Assembly (NCBI GenBank): GCA_963762145.1
Contig: CAVXJS010000009.1
Location: forward strand, 320,001-384,000
Direction of reading: 5' to 3'
From: an uncultured Candidatus Rokubacteria bacterium
Lineage (GTDB): Bacteria > Methylomirabilota > Methylomirabilia > Rokubacteriales > CSP1-6
Length of the DNA: 64,000 bases
Notes under the pieces: model-generated
What the model saw: only the letters and a program-made list of their open reading frames with translations
The model's database searches: none
What the model was told of the DNA's origin: nothing
Shown here: piece by piece, positions 48,178 to 58,268 of the stretch
How the letters are laid out: each line of letters begins with the position of its first letter
Position numbering within the stretch: position 1 is the first letter of the stretch
Position numbers and translations under genes: made by a program

Positions 48178-49272
48178 ATGAGCCAGCCGTGGCCGCCTGA
48201 CGACGAGCGCGAAAAGCGAGCGTCGTCGCGCCTTCTCGATGTACTGATCCGTGCCGGCCTGATCGGTGTATTGGCGGTGCTGTGCTACATCATCTTTGCA
48301 CCGTTCCTGGCACTGATGGCCTGGGCGATCATCCTGGCCGTCACGCTCTATCCGTTGCACCGATCGCTCGCCCAGAGGATTGGTGGCAAACAGGGCCTCG
48401 CCGCGACCCTGGTGGTTCTTGCCGGCCTCCTCCTGATCGTCACGCCGTCTGCACTACTGATGAATTCGTTTGGAAGCTCAATCTATGACCTTGCCAGGGC
48501 CGTGCAACACAACACCCTCGACATACCTGCACCGCGCGAGGCCATCAAAGAATGGCCGATCGCGGGCAACAAGATCTACGACACGTGGTCACGGGCCCAT
48601 ACGGACCTACCTGGCCTCGTCGAGCGCCTGCAGCCGAAAATCGGCGAGCTGGCCAGAAAAGCGCTCTTGGCCGTCGCAAGCATTGGTATCGGCATGCTGC
48701 AGTTTCTGGCGTCATTCATCGTCGCCGGCGTATTGATGGCGTACGGTGAGGCGGGCTCGCGCGGGAGTCGAGCGATCTTCGAGCGCATCATCGACAGAGA
48801 ACGAGGCGAACCGTTTGCCAGACTGTGCACGGCAACGATCCGCGCCGTGGCTCAGGGAGTCATCGGCATCGCTTTCGTTCAGGCGATCCTCGTCGGCCTT
48901 GCGCTCCTCCTGGCCGGCGTACCGTGGGCCGGTGTCCTGGCGATGATCACTCTCGTGTTGAGCATCGCCCAGGTGCCGGCGCTCATCGTCATCCTGCCAG
49001 CAGTCGCGTTCATCTGGTCGAGCGGCAACTACGGCCACGGTGCAGCCATCGCCTATACGGTCATCTTGCTGCTCTCCGGGATGGCCGACAATGTCTTGAA
49101 GCCGTTGATGTTGGGTCGCGGAGTCGATGCACCGATGCCGGTCATCCTGCTCGGGGCATTGGGTGGCATGGCGACCGGCGGAATCCTGGGAATGTTCGTG
49201 GGGGCCACGCTCCTGGCCCTCGGCTATCAGATCTTCATGAACTGGGTCGCAACCAATCCAGAAGCGACCTGA
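48178..49272 (+). CDS. AI-2E family transporter
   Basis: PFLALMAWAIILAVTLYPL, DNVLKPLMLGRGVDAPMPVILLGALGG, GILGMFVG. Visibly lower GC than flanks. Confidence 0.9.
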   Translation: MSQPWPPDDEREKRASSRLLDVLIRAGLIGVLAVLCYIIFAPFLALMAWAIILAVTLYPLHRSLAQRIGGKQGLAATLVVLAGLLLIVTPSALLMNSFGSSIYDLARAVQHNTLDIPAPREAIKEWPIAGNKIYDTWSRAHTDLPGLVERLQPKIGELARKALLAVASIGIGMLQFLASFIVAGVLMAYGEAGSRGSRAIFERIIDRERGEPFARLCTATIRAVAQGVIGIAFVQAILVGLALLLAGVPWAGVLAMITLVLSIAQVPALIVILPAVAFIWSSGNYGHGAAIAYTVILLLSGMADNVLKPLMLGRGVDAPMPVILLGALGGMATGGILGMFVGATLLALGYQIFMNWVATNPEAT

Positions 49273-49367
49273 AGTCCCTCAGATCGGCCGCGGCAATGGC
49301 TCGACACGAGCGTGTCACGGATTAGCGAGTTGGTGGTCGGCCGGCACGGGTGGCCCGGCGCGCCCGG

Positions 49368-50546
49368 TCACCCCATCGGATCCACGTCGGGGAAGCCCAG
49401 CAGGATCTGTCCGAGACGCTCGTAGGCCGAATCGCTCACCATGAGGTGCTGCGCGCCCGCGTTGATGTCGCGCAGGCAGCGCTGCAGCACGCCGGTGCGG
49501 TAGAGCGCGCCGCCGCCGGCCGCGCGGAAGAGCCCGGTCACGATCTCAACGGCGGTCTCGGTCGCATACGTGGCCACGCTGCGCAACTCGCTCTGCTGGC
49601 GGCGCGTCAGGATGCCGCCCGCGCCGACGGTGGCCCAGGCCGCCTCGAACAGCTCGATCGCGCCGGACCGGACCGCACGTAGCCGGATCTCGCCCTCGCC
49701 GAGCCGGGCCTGGAAGGCGGCACGCGCGGCCAGCGGCGAGGCGGTGACGAGGCCGCGCGACTTCGATTGCGCGAGCTCGGCGGCGGCGCCGAGGGCGCGG
49801 CGCATGATGCCCAGCGCGAAGGCCACGTGCTCGTAGGCCACGAAGGCCGGCATGCCCAGGCGGAACAGCGCGCCGCCCCGGCGCGGCTTCGCGGTGGCGG
49901 GATTCCAGACGAACGCGGCGGGCACGAAGCAATCAGTCACGGAGAAGTCGCTGCTGCCGGTGCCCTCGAGGCCGGCGACCTGCCAGTTGTCGTGGATCTG
50001 CGCGGCCGCCGCCGGGATGACCACGATGTGGCGCTCGCCCGGGTCCTGCGCGTCGCGCCGGACGATCGCGCCGGCGGTGAGCCACTCCGCGTGCCGCACG
50101 CCGCTGGCGAAGGGCCAGCGCCCGGTCAGCCGGTAGCCGCCGTCCACCGGCGTCGCGGTGCCGGTCGGCAGGATGGCGACCGCGGCGGGCGGGACGCGGC
50201 CGCCCGCCAGGATCGTCCCGATCGCCTCGTCGGGCAGGAAGCCGGCGGGCAGGCCCACCGCGGTGGTCGCGACCATGAGACACCAGCCGGCCGAGGCGTC
50301 GATGTAAGTGAGCGCCTCGATCACCTCGAGCTGGGTCACCGGATCGGCCTCGGCGCCGCCGAGTGACTCGGGCACCTTCAAGGCCAGGAGCCCCGAGTGG
50401 GCGAGCGCGCGCACCGTCGCGGGTGGCAACGTGCGCAGGCGCTCTCCTTCCTCCGCGCCCGCCGCGACCACGTCGCGCATCGCGTCCACCGCGGCGAGGA
50501 GACGAGCGCGCTTGGCGTCTCGATCGGCCGGCCGCGCTGCGCTCAT
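49368..50546 (-). CDS. acyl-CoA dehydrogenase-family flavin-dependent monooxygenase (HsaA-like)
   Basis: GYRLTGRWPFASG, DNWQVAGLEGTGS, AAGGGALY, LQRCLRDINAGAQH. Confidence 0.88.
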   Translation of the reverse strand: MSAARPADRDAKRARLLAAVDAMRDVVAAGAEEGERLRTLPPATVRALAHSGLLALKVPESLGGAEADPVTQLEVIEALTYIDASAGWCLMVATTAVGLPAGFLPDEAIGTILAGGRVPPAAVAILPTGTATPVDGGYRLTGRWPFASGVRHAEWLTAGAIVRRDAQDPGERHIVVIPAAAAQIHDNWQVAGLEGTGSSDFSVTDCFVPAAFVWNPATAKPRRGGALFRLGMPAFVAYEHVAFALGIMRRALGAAAELAQSKSRGLVTASPLAARAAFQARLGEGEIRLRAVRSGAIELFEAAWATVGAGGILTRRQQSELRSVATYATETAVEIVTGLFRAAGGGALYRTGVLQRCLRDINAGAQHLMVSDSAYERLGQILLGFPDVDPMG

Positions 50547-50691
50547 CTGCCCAGGAACGCGGCGCGGTACCCGCGCCCCGCGCGTCCCTTCATGCGGAGT
50601 CGGTAGGCCTTACCGGAAAGGTCTTCCTGACGAGGCGGCGCGGGACGCCGCACGGGTCGAGAAAGGCCGAACTTTGTGGCGAGGCTCCCGC

Positions 50692-50707
50692 TGGCAATCC
50701 GCTTGCA
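50692..50707 (+). promoter_or_regulatory. sigma-54 (-24/-12) promoter for the GT4 operon
   Basis: TGGCAATCCGCTTGCA, near consensus. Upstream GGAA-N5-TTCCTGA at 50615-50630. Confidence 0.78.
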
Positions 50708-50719
50708 CCCGAGTTTGCC

Positions 50720-51763
50720 ATGCGAGTCGCTCACATCGCTCCGCTTTACGAGCGCGTGCCGCCCACGCTCTACGGGGGCACCGAGCGCATTGTCTCTTAT
50801 CTGGTCGAGGAACAGGTCCGCCGGGGCCACGAGGTCACCCTCTTCGCGAGCGGGGACTCGCGCACCGCGGCGACCATCGTGGCCGCGGTCCCGCGCGCCC
50901 TGCGGCTGGACGCCGGGCACGGCGATCCGATCGCCCCGCACGTGGTAGAGCTCGCGCAGGTGTTCGAGCAGGCGGACGAGTTCGATCTGATCCACAGTCA
51001 CGTGGACTACCTAGCGTTCCCTTTCTCGCAGCTGGTATCGACGCCCACCGTGCACACGCTCCACGGCCGCCTCGATCTCCCGCATTTTCGGCCGATGATG
51101 GCCCACTTCGCCGACATTCCGCTCGTCTCGATCAGCAACGCGCAGCGCCGGCCGCTCGAGCCGCTCCCGCTCAACTGGACGGCTACGGTGTACCACGGGT
51201 TGCCGCTCGATTCCTACAGTCCGGGGCGCGGGGACGGGGGCTACGTCGCGTTCCTGGGACGGATCTCACCGGAGAAGGGCCCCGCGGTCGCCATCGCCGC
51301 GGCCAAGGCGGCCGGGGTACGGCTCAAGATCGCGGCCAAGGTCGACCCGGTGGATCGCCCGTTCTTCGAGTCCGAGATCGAGCCGCTGCTCGACGACCCG
51401 CTGATCGAGTACGTCGGCGAGATCGGCGAGGCCGACAAGCCGAGGTTCCTGGGCGAGGCGATAGCGCTGCTCTTCCCGATCGACTGGCCGGAGCCGTTCG
51501 GGCTCGTGATGATCGAGGCCCTCGCCTGCGGCACTCCGGTGGTCGCGCGGCCGTGCGGCTCGGTGCCCGAGATCATCACGCCGGGCCGCACCGGCTTCCT
51601 CGCGGATACCCTCGACGAGATCGTGGAAGCGCTGCGACGCGTGGAAAGTCTGGATCGGGCGCACTGCCGGCGCGAAGCGGAGGGGCGCTTCAGCGTCGAG
51701 CGGATGGTCAACGACTACGACGCGGTCTACGAGAGCCTCGCCACCGGCGCCCAGCTCACCTGA
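50720..51763 (+). CDS. glycosyltransferase family 4
   Basis: MRVAHIAPLYERVPPTLYGGTER, FLGRISPEKG, WPEPFGLVMIEALACGTPV. Confidence 0.93.
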   Translation: MRVAHIAPLYERVPPTLYGGTERIVSYLVEEQVRRGHEVTLFASGDSRTAATIVAAVPRALRLDAGHGDPIAPHVVELAQVFEQADEFDLIHSHVDYLAFPFSQLVSTPTVHTLHGRLDLPHFRPMMAHFADIPLVSISNAQRRPLEPLPLNWTATVYHGLPLDSYSPGRGDGGYVAFLGRISPEKGPAVAIAAAKAAGVRLKIAAKVDPVDRPFFESEIEPLLDDPLIEYVGEIGEADKPRFLGEAIALLFPIDWPEPFGLVMIEALACGTPVVARPCGSVPEIITPGRTGFLADTLDEIVEALRRVESLDRAHCRREAEGRFSVERMVNDYDAVYESLATGAQLT

Positions 51764-51781
51764 CCCGACGAGAACGATGAC

Positions 51782-53920
51782 ATGATCGAGCCAATCGACG
51801 AGGCCGGAGACCGCGATCCGTACTACATCCGCTCCTCCGCGACCAGCGCGGACATTCCCCACCTGGTCGTGAAGTGCGACGACGCCTTCGTGGTGGCCGA
51901 CGATCACGGCGACTTCCCGGAGCTGCCCGAGAGCGAGTTCGGCTTCTACGTGGGCGGGACGCGCTACCTGCGGCGACTGGACCTGGCCGTGCACGGTCAG
52001 CGGCCGCTGCTCCTGAGCGCGGCGGTGTCCGACGACGGCCGTCAGCTCGCCGCGGACCTCACGAATCCCGATCTCACCCACGGCGAGGTCGTGGTGCTGA
52101 AGGGCCGGACGCTGCGCCTGGCCCGCCGTCTCGCGCTCGGGCAGTCCGAGCTGACCCAGGTGCTCAGCGTGGAGAACTTCGGCTCCGCCCCGCACGAGCT
52201 GCGGCTCGGCTGGCGCTACTTCGCCGATTTCGCCGACGTCTTCGAGGTGCGCGGCATGGTGCGCGAGCGGCGCGGCGAGCTCCTCCCGCCGATCATCTCC
52301 GCCGACTCGGCGCGCCTGTCGTACCGGGGGCTCGACAGTATCCTCCGGAGCACGACGCTGCGATTCGACCCGCCCCCCGAGAAGGTGAGCGCCGGCGTCG
52401 CCCAGCACCGGCTCGTGATCCCGCCCGGAGGCGCGGTCCAGATCCGCCTGACCATCACCGCCGTCGAGGGCGACGCGGTGGCCGCCTGGACGCACGGCGC
52501 GACCCCGCGGGAAGACCGCGAGCCCGACACACCGGCCCGGGTGGTCAGCGCGAGCACCTCGCTGGACGCGTGGATCGCGCGCGCGTGGGCCGACCTGCAC
52601 ATGCTCACCACCGAGACCCCGCACGGGCGCATCGCCTACGCGGGCATCCCCTGGTTCGTCGCCCCGTTCGGGCGGGACAGCATCATCACCGCGCTCCAGC
52701 ATCTGCCGTTCGATCCGGGCCTGGCCCGCGGCACCCTCCGGTTCCTGGCCGCCTACCAGGGCCGGGAGGACGACGCGTTCACCGACCAGAGCCCGGGGAA
52801 GATCCTGCACGAGTACCGCCGGGGCGAGATGGCGAACTGCCGCGAGATCGCGTTCGTGCCGTATTACGGATCGGTGGACGCCACCCCGCTCTTCCTGATG
52901 CTCGCGGCCGAGTACCTGCGCTGGACCGACGATCGCGAGCTGCTCGCCGAGCTCCGGCCGGCCATCGACGCGGCCCTCGGCTGGCTCGAGCGCTCGGACT
53001 ACGTGTCGTACGTCTCCCGCTCCGCCCGTGGTCTCGTCAACCAGGGCTGGAAGGACTCCCACGACGCGATCATGCACGCGGACGGCGAGGACGCGCCGGG
53101 CCCGATCGCGCTCGCCGAGGTGCAGGGGTACAAGTACGCGGCCCTGCGCGCGGTGGCCGACATCGCCGACGCGGAAGAGCGCCCGTATCCGGCCCGGGCG
53201 CTCCGGGCGGAGGCCGGACGGCTGCGCGAGCAATTCATGCGCGACTACTGGATGGAGCCCGAAGGCTTCTCCGCCCTCGCCCTCGACGGCGACGGGGCGC
53301 CGTGTCGCGTCCTCTCCTCGAACCCCGCGCACTGCCTGTGGACCGGGCTGATCCCGGCCGAGCCGGCGGCGCAGATCGCCCGGCGCCTGATGGACGAGGA
53401 GCTGTTCACGGGCTGGGGCATCCGCACCCTGGGCGTTCACGAGCGACGCTACAACCCGATGAGCTACCACAACGGCTCGGTGTGGCCGCACGACACCGCG
53501 ATCGCCGCCGCCGGCCTCCGTCGCTACGGGTTCACCGAGGGGTTTCTCGCCCTGACCACCGGGCTCTTCGACGCCGCCCGGCATTGCGACGGGTTTCGAC
53601 TGCCCGAGCTCTTCTGCGGCTTTTCGCGCAGCCCCGGCTACGGGCCCACCCGGTATCCGAGCGCCTGCTCGCCCCAGGCCTGGGCGGCCGGGGTCGTCTC
53701 CCACCTCCTGGGCGAGATGCTCGGCCTCGCGCCGGAGGCACGGGAGAACCGGCTGACCTTCGTGCGTCCGGTGCTGCCGGAGTGGCTGCCGTCGATCGAG
53801 GTCCGGGGGCTGCGTCTCGGTCGCTCGCGGCTCGACGTCATGGTGACCGGAGGCCGCGCGGGAGCCGTGGTCGAGGTGCTCGAGTGTCAGGGCGACGCCG
53901 AGGTCGTGGTGAGGCGCTGA
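51782..53920 (+). CDS. amylo-alpha-1,6-glucosidase / glycogen debranching family protein
   Basis: YAGIPWFVAPFGRDS, PGKILHE, YYGSVDATPLF, NQGWKDS, SYHNGSVWPHD, RLPELFCG, PQAWAA. Confidence 0.93.
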   Translation: MIEPIDEAGDRDPYYIRSSATSADIPHLVVKCDDAFVVADDHGDFPELPESEFGFYVGGTRYLRRLDLAVHGQRPLLLSAAVSDDGRQLAADLTNPDLTHGEVVVLKGRTLRLARRLALGQSELTQVLSVENFGSAPHELRLGWRYFADFADVFEVRGMVRERRGELLPPIISADSARLSYRGLDSILRSTTLRFDPPPEKVSAGVAQHRLVIPPGGAVQIRLTITAVEGDAVAAWTHGATPREDREPDTPARVVSASTSLDAWIARAWADLHMLTTETPHGRIAYAGIPWFVAPFGRDSIITALQHLPFDPGLARGTLRFLAAYQGREDDAFTDQSPGKILHEYRRGEMANCREIAFVPYYGSVDATPLFLMLAAEYLRWTDDRELLAELRPAIDAALGWLERSDYVSYVSRSARGLVNQGWKDSHDAIMHADGEDAPGPIALAEVQGYKYAALRAVADIADAEERPYPARALRAEAGRLREQFMRDYWMEPEGFSALALDGDGAPCRVLSSNPAHCLWTGLIPAEPAAQIARRLMDEELFTGWGIRTLGVHERRYNPMSYHNGSVWPHDTAIAAAGLRRYGFTEGFLALTTGLFDAARHCDGFRLPELFCGFSRSPGYGPTRYPSACSPQAWAAGVVSHLLGEMLGLAPEARENRLTFVRPVLPEWLPSIEVRGLRLGRSRLDVMVTGGRAGAVVEVLECQGDAEVVVRR

Positions 53921-53923
53921 ACG

Positions 53924-55591
53924 ATGGGTGCGACCCGGAACCGCCCTGGAGCGCGACGCCCGACGCGGCCGAAGACCCGCCGCGCGGCGAAGCCGGCTCG
54001 CCCGAAGTCCCGGCGCCTCCGCGCGCCGGAAACCCCATCCCGCGAGGCCCGACCGGAGAGCGTGTCCCTGTGGATGGCGACCGAGACGATTCCGCCGCGG
54101 CCCCGTCTGACCCGGGGCCGGACCGTCGACGTGTGCGTGATCGGCGCCGGAATCGCCGGACTCAGCGCCGCCTATCAGCTCGCCCGCGCCGGCCAGTCGG
54201 TCGTCGTGCTCGACGACGGGCCCATCGGCGGGGGCCAGACCGGTCGCACCACCGCGCATCTCTCCCACGCGATGGACGTCGGGTACCAGACCATCCGGCG
54301 GCTGCACGGCGAGGAGGGCGCACGGCTGGCCGCGGCCAGCCATTCCGCGGCGATCGACGAGATCGAGACGATCGCGAGCCAGGAGGGCATCGCGTGCGAC
54401 TTCGAGCGGGTGCCCGGTCACCTGTTCGTCCCTCGGGGGGAATCCCCCGCGGTGCTCGAGCGGGAGCTAGAGGCGGCCCACGCCGCAGGCCTCGACCGCG
54501 TGGAGCTCCTCACGACGACTCCGACGCTCGGCGCCGGCGCCGGGCCCTGCCTGCGCTTCCCCGATCAGGCGCAATTTCACCCGCTGCGCTATCTGGCCGG
54601 GCTCGCGGCCGCGATCGAGCGCCGCGGCGGCGCGATCTTCACCAACGTCCACGCCGAGACCGTCGAGCCCAAGGGCGCCACCCAGCGCGTGAAGACCGCT
54701 GCCGGCCGCGCCGGCGTGACCGCGGGCGCGGTGATCGCCGCCACGAATGCCCCGATCCTCGGGCCGCAGACGCTCCACGCCAAGCAGGCCGCGTACCTGA
54801 CCTACGTGATCGGCGCGAGCATCCCGGCCGGCGCGGTGCCCCATGGGCTGTACTGGGACACCGAGGATCCGTACCACTACGTGCGCGTTCAAGCGCGGGA
54901 GCCCGCCGCGGCGGGCGAGGTCCTGATCGTGGGGGGTGAGGATCACAAGACCGGCCAGGCCCCCGGGGGTGCTGACGACAGCGCCAACCGCTACCGGGCG
55001 CTCGAGGCGTGGGCGCGCGCGCGCTTCCTGATGATCGAGGAGGTGGAGTTCCGCTGGTCCGGGCAGGTCATGAACTCGCTCGACGGGCTCGCCTTCATCG
55101 GCCGGGCGTCCGAGCAGGACCCCGGCGTGTACCTGGCCACCGGGGACACGGGCATGGGGATGACCCACGGCACGATCGCCGGCATGCTGCTTCGCGATCT
55201 CATCCTCGGCCGCGAGAATCCCTGGCGGGCCCTGTACGACCCGTCGCGGCTGATGCTCCGGGCCGCGCCGACCCTGGTACGCGAGAACGTGAACGTCGCG
55301 GCTCAGTACGCGGACTGGATCACCCCGGGGGCGGTCTCATCCGTCGACGAGATCCCGCCCGGGCAGGGCGCGCTCCTGCGGCGCGGCCTCGCCAAGATCG
55401 CGGCCTACCGGGATGACACGGGACGCGTGCACGAGCGCTCCGCGGTGTGTCCCCACATGGCCTGCATCGTGGCCTGGAACTCGGCGGAGAAGACCTGGGA
55501 CTGTCCGTGCCACGGCTCGCGCTTCGACGCGGTCGGGCACGTCATCAATGGACCGGCCAATGCCAACCTGGCGCCGGCGGAGGGCGAGTGA
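53924..55591 (+). CDS. FAD-dependent oxidoreductase with C-terminal Rieske domain (YhfW-like)
   Basis: IGAGIAG, TGRTTAHL, QAQFHPLRY, WSGQV, GMTHGT. Rieske CPHMAC and WDCPCHGSRF. Confidence 0.92.
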   Translation: MGATRNRPGARRPTRPKTRRAAKPARPKSRRLRAPETPSREARPESVSLWMATETIPPRPRLTRGRTVDVCVIGAGIAGLSAAYQLARAGQSVVVLDDGPIGGGQTGRTTAHLSHAMDVGYQTIRRLHGEEGARLAAASHSAAIDEIETIASQEGIACDFERVPGHLFVPRGESPAVLERELEAAHAAGLDRVELLTTTPTLGAGAGPCLRFPDQAQFHPLRYLAGLAAAIERRGGAIFTNVHAETVEPKGATQRVKTAAGRAGVTAGAVIAATNAPILGPQTLHAKQAAYLTYVIGASIPAGAVPHGLYWDTEDPYHYVRVQAREPAAAGEVLIVGGEDHKTGQAPGGADDSANRYRALEAWARARFLMIEEVEFRWSGQVMNSLDGLAFIGRASEQDPGVYLATGDTGMGMTHGTIAGMLLRDLILGRENPWRALYDPSRLMLRAAPTLVRENVNVAAQYADWITPGAVSSVDEIPPGQGALLRRGLAKIAAYRDDTGRVHERSAVCPHMACIVAWNSAEKTWDCPCHGSRFDAVGHVINGPANANLAPAEGE

Positions 55592-57027
55592 TGAATCGAG
55601 CATGGGGCATCGGCCTGGCGGTGGTGGGGATCGGGGCGTCGATCGCGATGGCGTGGACGCTCAGCGTGCAGGCACAAGGCGGCGCGACGACGGGCGCTCC
55701 GCCGCGCATGCCTCCGGCGCCCGCCAAGTCGAGCTACACGCCGGTCGTGGAGGAGCCGTTCGAGACCGTGTTCAAGCGGATGACCGCCGCGAAGGACGAC
55801 GTGATGAACCGCCAGATGGGCCTGCTCGCCGAGCGCTACGACCTGGCCGATCGTCCGGCCTCCGGCGTGACGATGAGCGGGGGCAAGGCGGTCCAGGCCG
55901 GCGTGCGCGTCAAGCTGCCTCCCGGAGCGACCTGGGACAGCCTGGCCCGCATGAGTCCGGACGAGATCCGCGACAAGAAGTTCTTCCCGTCCGGGTTCCT
56001 CCCCCTGCCCCATCCGAACCATCCGGAGGGCGGGATGGTCTTCCCGAAGTTCCAGATCGACGAGGTCCGCAAGCAGACCGGGCGGGACCTGACCCGGTTC
56101 GATCTCGACTTCGACCTGCCGGACCGATTCTTGCCCGAGTTCCCCGCGCCGATCTTCCTCATCACCCGGCCGGATCTGGGCGACGTCTCGAAGGGCCAGC
56201 TCGTCACGACCGATAACTTCTACGAGCTGTTCAACGGCATCCTGAATCCCAAGCAGATCGAGGGCCTCCGGCTCCTGCTGACCCCGTTCCCGCAGCAGCA
56301 GTTCAACCTGACCGCGGACCGCCGCAGCCCGCATCCGAGCCTCGGCGTGGCGTGCCTCGATTGCCACCAGAACGGCAGCAGCAACGGGGCGACGCACCTG
56401 GTCGGCGACATCCGGCCTCAGGAGTTCCGGCGGCGCATCGACACCCCCGCGCTGCGCGGCCTCAACATCCAGCGCCTCTTCGGCTCCCAGCGGGCGCTCA
56501 AGACGGTGGAGGACTTCACCGAGTTCGAGCAGCGCGCGGCCTACTTCGACGGGGATCCGGTCATCGCCACCAAGAAGGGCGTCAACCCACTCGAGCGCGG
56601 CAGCCAGGTGCACTTCATGGCCGAGTTCCAGGAGCTGCTCGACTTCCCGCCGGCGCCGAAGCTCGACGTCTTCGGGCGCCTGGACCCGAAGAAGGCGACC
56701 CCGGCCGAGCTGCGCGGCCAGGCCCTGTTCTTCGGCCGGGCCCAGTGCGGCACTTGCCACCCGGCTCCCTACTACACCGACAACTCGATGCACAACCTCC
56801 GCGCCGAGCGCTTCTACCGGCCGGTCGTGGTCAATGGCCGGATGGCATCCGCCGATGGCCCGATCAAGACGTTTCCCCTGCGCGGCATCAAGGACACGCC
56901 GCCCTATCTGCACGACGGCCGGCTGCTCACGCTGGACGACACGGTCGAGTTCTTCAGCCTCGTGCTGGGCATCCCGCTGACCGCGGCGGAGAAACAGGAC
57001 CTGGTCGTCTTCCTCCGCGCCCTGTAG
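55591..57027 (+). CDS. exported diheme cytochrome c (cytochrome c peroxidase/MauG superfamily)
   Basis: Signal peptide, two CxxCH motifs (CLDCH, CGTCH), DTPALRG, KTFPLRGIKDTPPYLHDGRLLTL, DLVVFLRAL. TGATG coupling to the upstream gene. Confidence 0.88.
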   Translation: MNRAWGIGLAVVGIGASIAMAWTLSVQAQGGATTGAPPRMPPAPAKSSYTPVVEEPFETVFKRMTAAKDDVMNRQMGLLAERYDLADRPASGVTMSGGKAVQAGVRVKLPPGATWDSLARMSPDEIRDKKFFPSGFLPLPHPNHPEGGMVFPKFQIDEVRKQTGRDLTRFDLDFDLPDRFLPEFPAPIFLITRPDLGDVSKGQLVTTDNFYELFNGILNPKQIEGLRLLLTPFPQQQFNLTADRRSPHPSLGVACLDCHQNGSSNGATHLVGDIRPQEFRRRIDTPALRGLNIQRLFGSQRALKTVEDFTEFEQRAAYFDGDPVIATKKGVNPLERGSQVHFMAEFQELLDFPPAPKLDVFGRLDPKKATPAELRGQALFFGRAQCGTCHPAPYYTDNSMHNLRAERFYRPVVVNGRMASADGPIKTFPLRGIKDTPPYLHDGRLLTLDDTVEFFSLVLGIPLTAAEKQDLVVFLRAL

Positions 57028-57095
57028 CCGGCCGGGGTCCGGCACGCTCGGCTTGACGCTGCGCCCGCGGCGGCGTCACTATCCCCCGAGTCCCC

Positions 57096-58268
57096 ATGAC
57101 CTCCGTGTCCCCCTTCGTCCCCGGCTCGGCGGTACGGATCGCCGGCGCCCCCGGCGGCCCGCTCGCCGGCCTGACATTCGCGGCCAAGGACCTCTTCGAC
57201 GTCGCGGGATATCCGACCGGCGGCGGCAACCCGGACTGGGCGCGGCAGCACGCGGTTCCGACGCGGCACGCCTGGGCGGTGCAGCGATTGCTCGACGCCG
57301 GCGCGACGCTGATCGGCAAGACCATCACCGACGAGATCTCGCTCGGCATCCTGGGCGAGAACGCCTTCGACGGCACCCCGCTCAATCCCCACGCGCCCGA
57401 TCGCGTGCCCGGCGGATCGTCCTCGGGCTCGGCCTCGGCGGTGGCCCAGGGTCTCTGCGACACCGCGCTCGGCACCGACACCGGCGGCTCGGTGCGGGTG
57501 CCGGCGAGCTTCTGCGGCCTGCACGGCATCCGCCCCACCCACGGCCGCCTCGACCTCACCGGCATGATGCCGCAGGCGCCCAGCTCGGACACCACCGGCT
57601 GGTTCGCCCGCGACGCGCAGACCTTCGCGCGGGTCAGCGAGGTGATGCTCGGCGAGCCGGTCCCGCCCGCGCTGCCCACGCGCCTCGTCGTCGCACAGGA
57701 CGCCTTCGGCCTGGCCGACGAGGAGACGGCCGGCGCGCTCCAGCCGATGGTGAGTCGCCTCGCCGCGCTCATGAAACACGTCCAGGAGGACGTCATGGCG
57801 CCGCCCGGCCTCACCGCCTGGGCGCGGGCCCAGCGCACCCTGCAGCCGTGGGAGGCGTGGCTCACCTTCAAGGAATGGATCGACCGGGACAACCCGCGCA
57901 TGGCGTTCGGCGTGGCCCGCAACCTCGCGCTCGGCAGCGCGATCCCCGAGAGCGAGCGGCAGTGGGCCGCGCTGGTGCGCGCCGAGGCCCGCGCCCGGCT
58001 CACCACGCTCCTCCCCGCGGGGACGATCCTCTGCCTGCCGACCACGCCGTTCCCCGCGCCGCTCCGGGGCCTGCCCCTCGCGACCCTCGAGCCGCTGCGC
58101 GCCCGCATCACGTGCCTGGCCGCGCACGGTGGCCTCGCCGGCTTCCCGCAGGTGAGCCTGCCCGGCGCGCACGTCGGCGGGCTGCCGGTGGGCCTGTCCG
58201 TCCTGGGCCGGCGCGGCAGCGACGCCACGCTGGTGGCGGTGGCGCAGGCCATGGAGGCTGCTCGATGA
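57096..58268 (+). CDS. amidase (amidase-signature family)
   Basis: GPLAGLTFAAKD, PGGSSSGSA, GTDTGGSVRVPASFCG. Confidence 0.92.
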   Translation: MTSVSPFVPGSAVRIAGAPGGPLAGLTFAAKDLFDVAGYPTGGGNPDWARQHAVPTRHAWAVQRLLDAGATLIGKTITDEISLGILGENAFDGTPLNPHAPDRVPGGSSSGSASAVAQGLCDTALGTDTGGSVRVPASFCGLHGIRPTHGRLDLTGMMPQAPSSDTTGWFARDAQTFARVSEVMLGEPVPPALPTRLVVAQDAFGLADEETAGALQPMVSRLAALMKHVQEDVMAPPGLTAWARAQRTLQPWEAWLTFKEWIDRDNPRMAFGVARNLALGSAIPESERQWAALVRAEARARLTTLLPAGTILCLPTTPFPAPLRGLPLATLEPLRARITCLAAHGGLAGFPQVSLPGAHVGGLPVGLSVLGRRGSDATLVAVAQAMEAAR

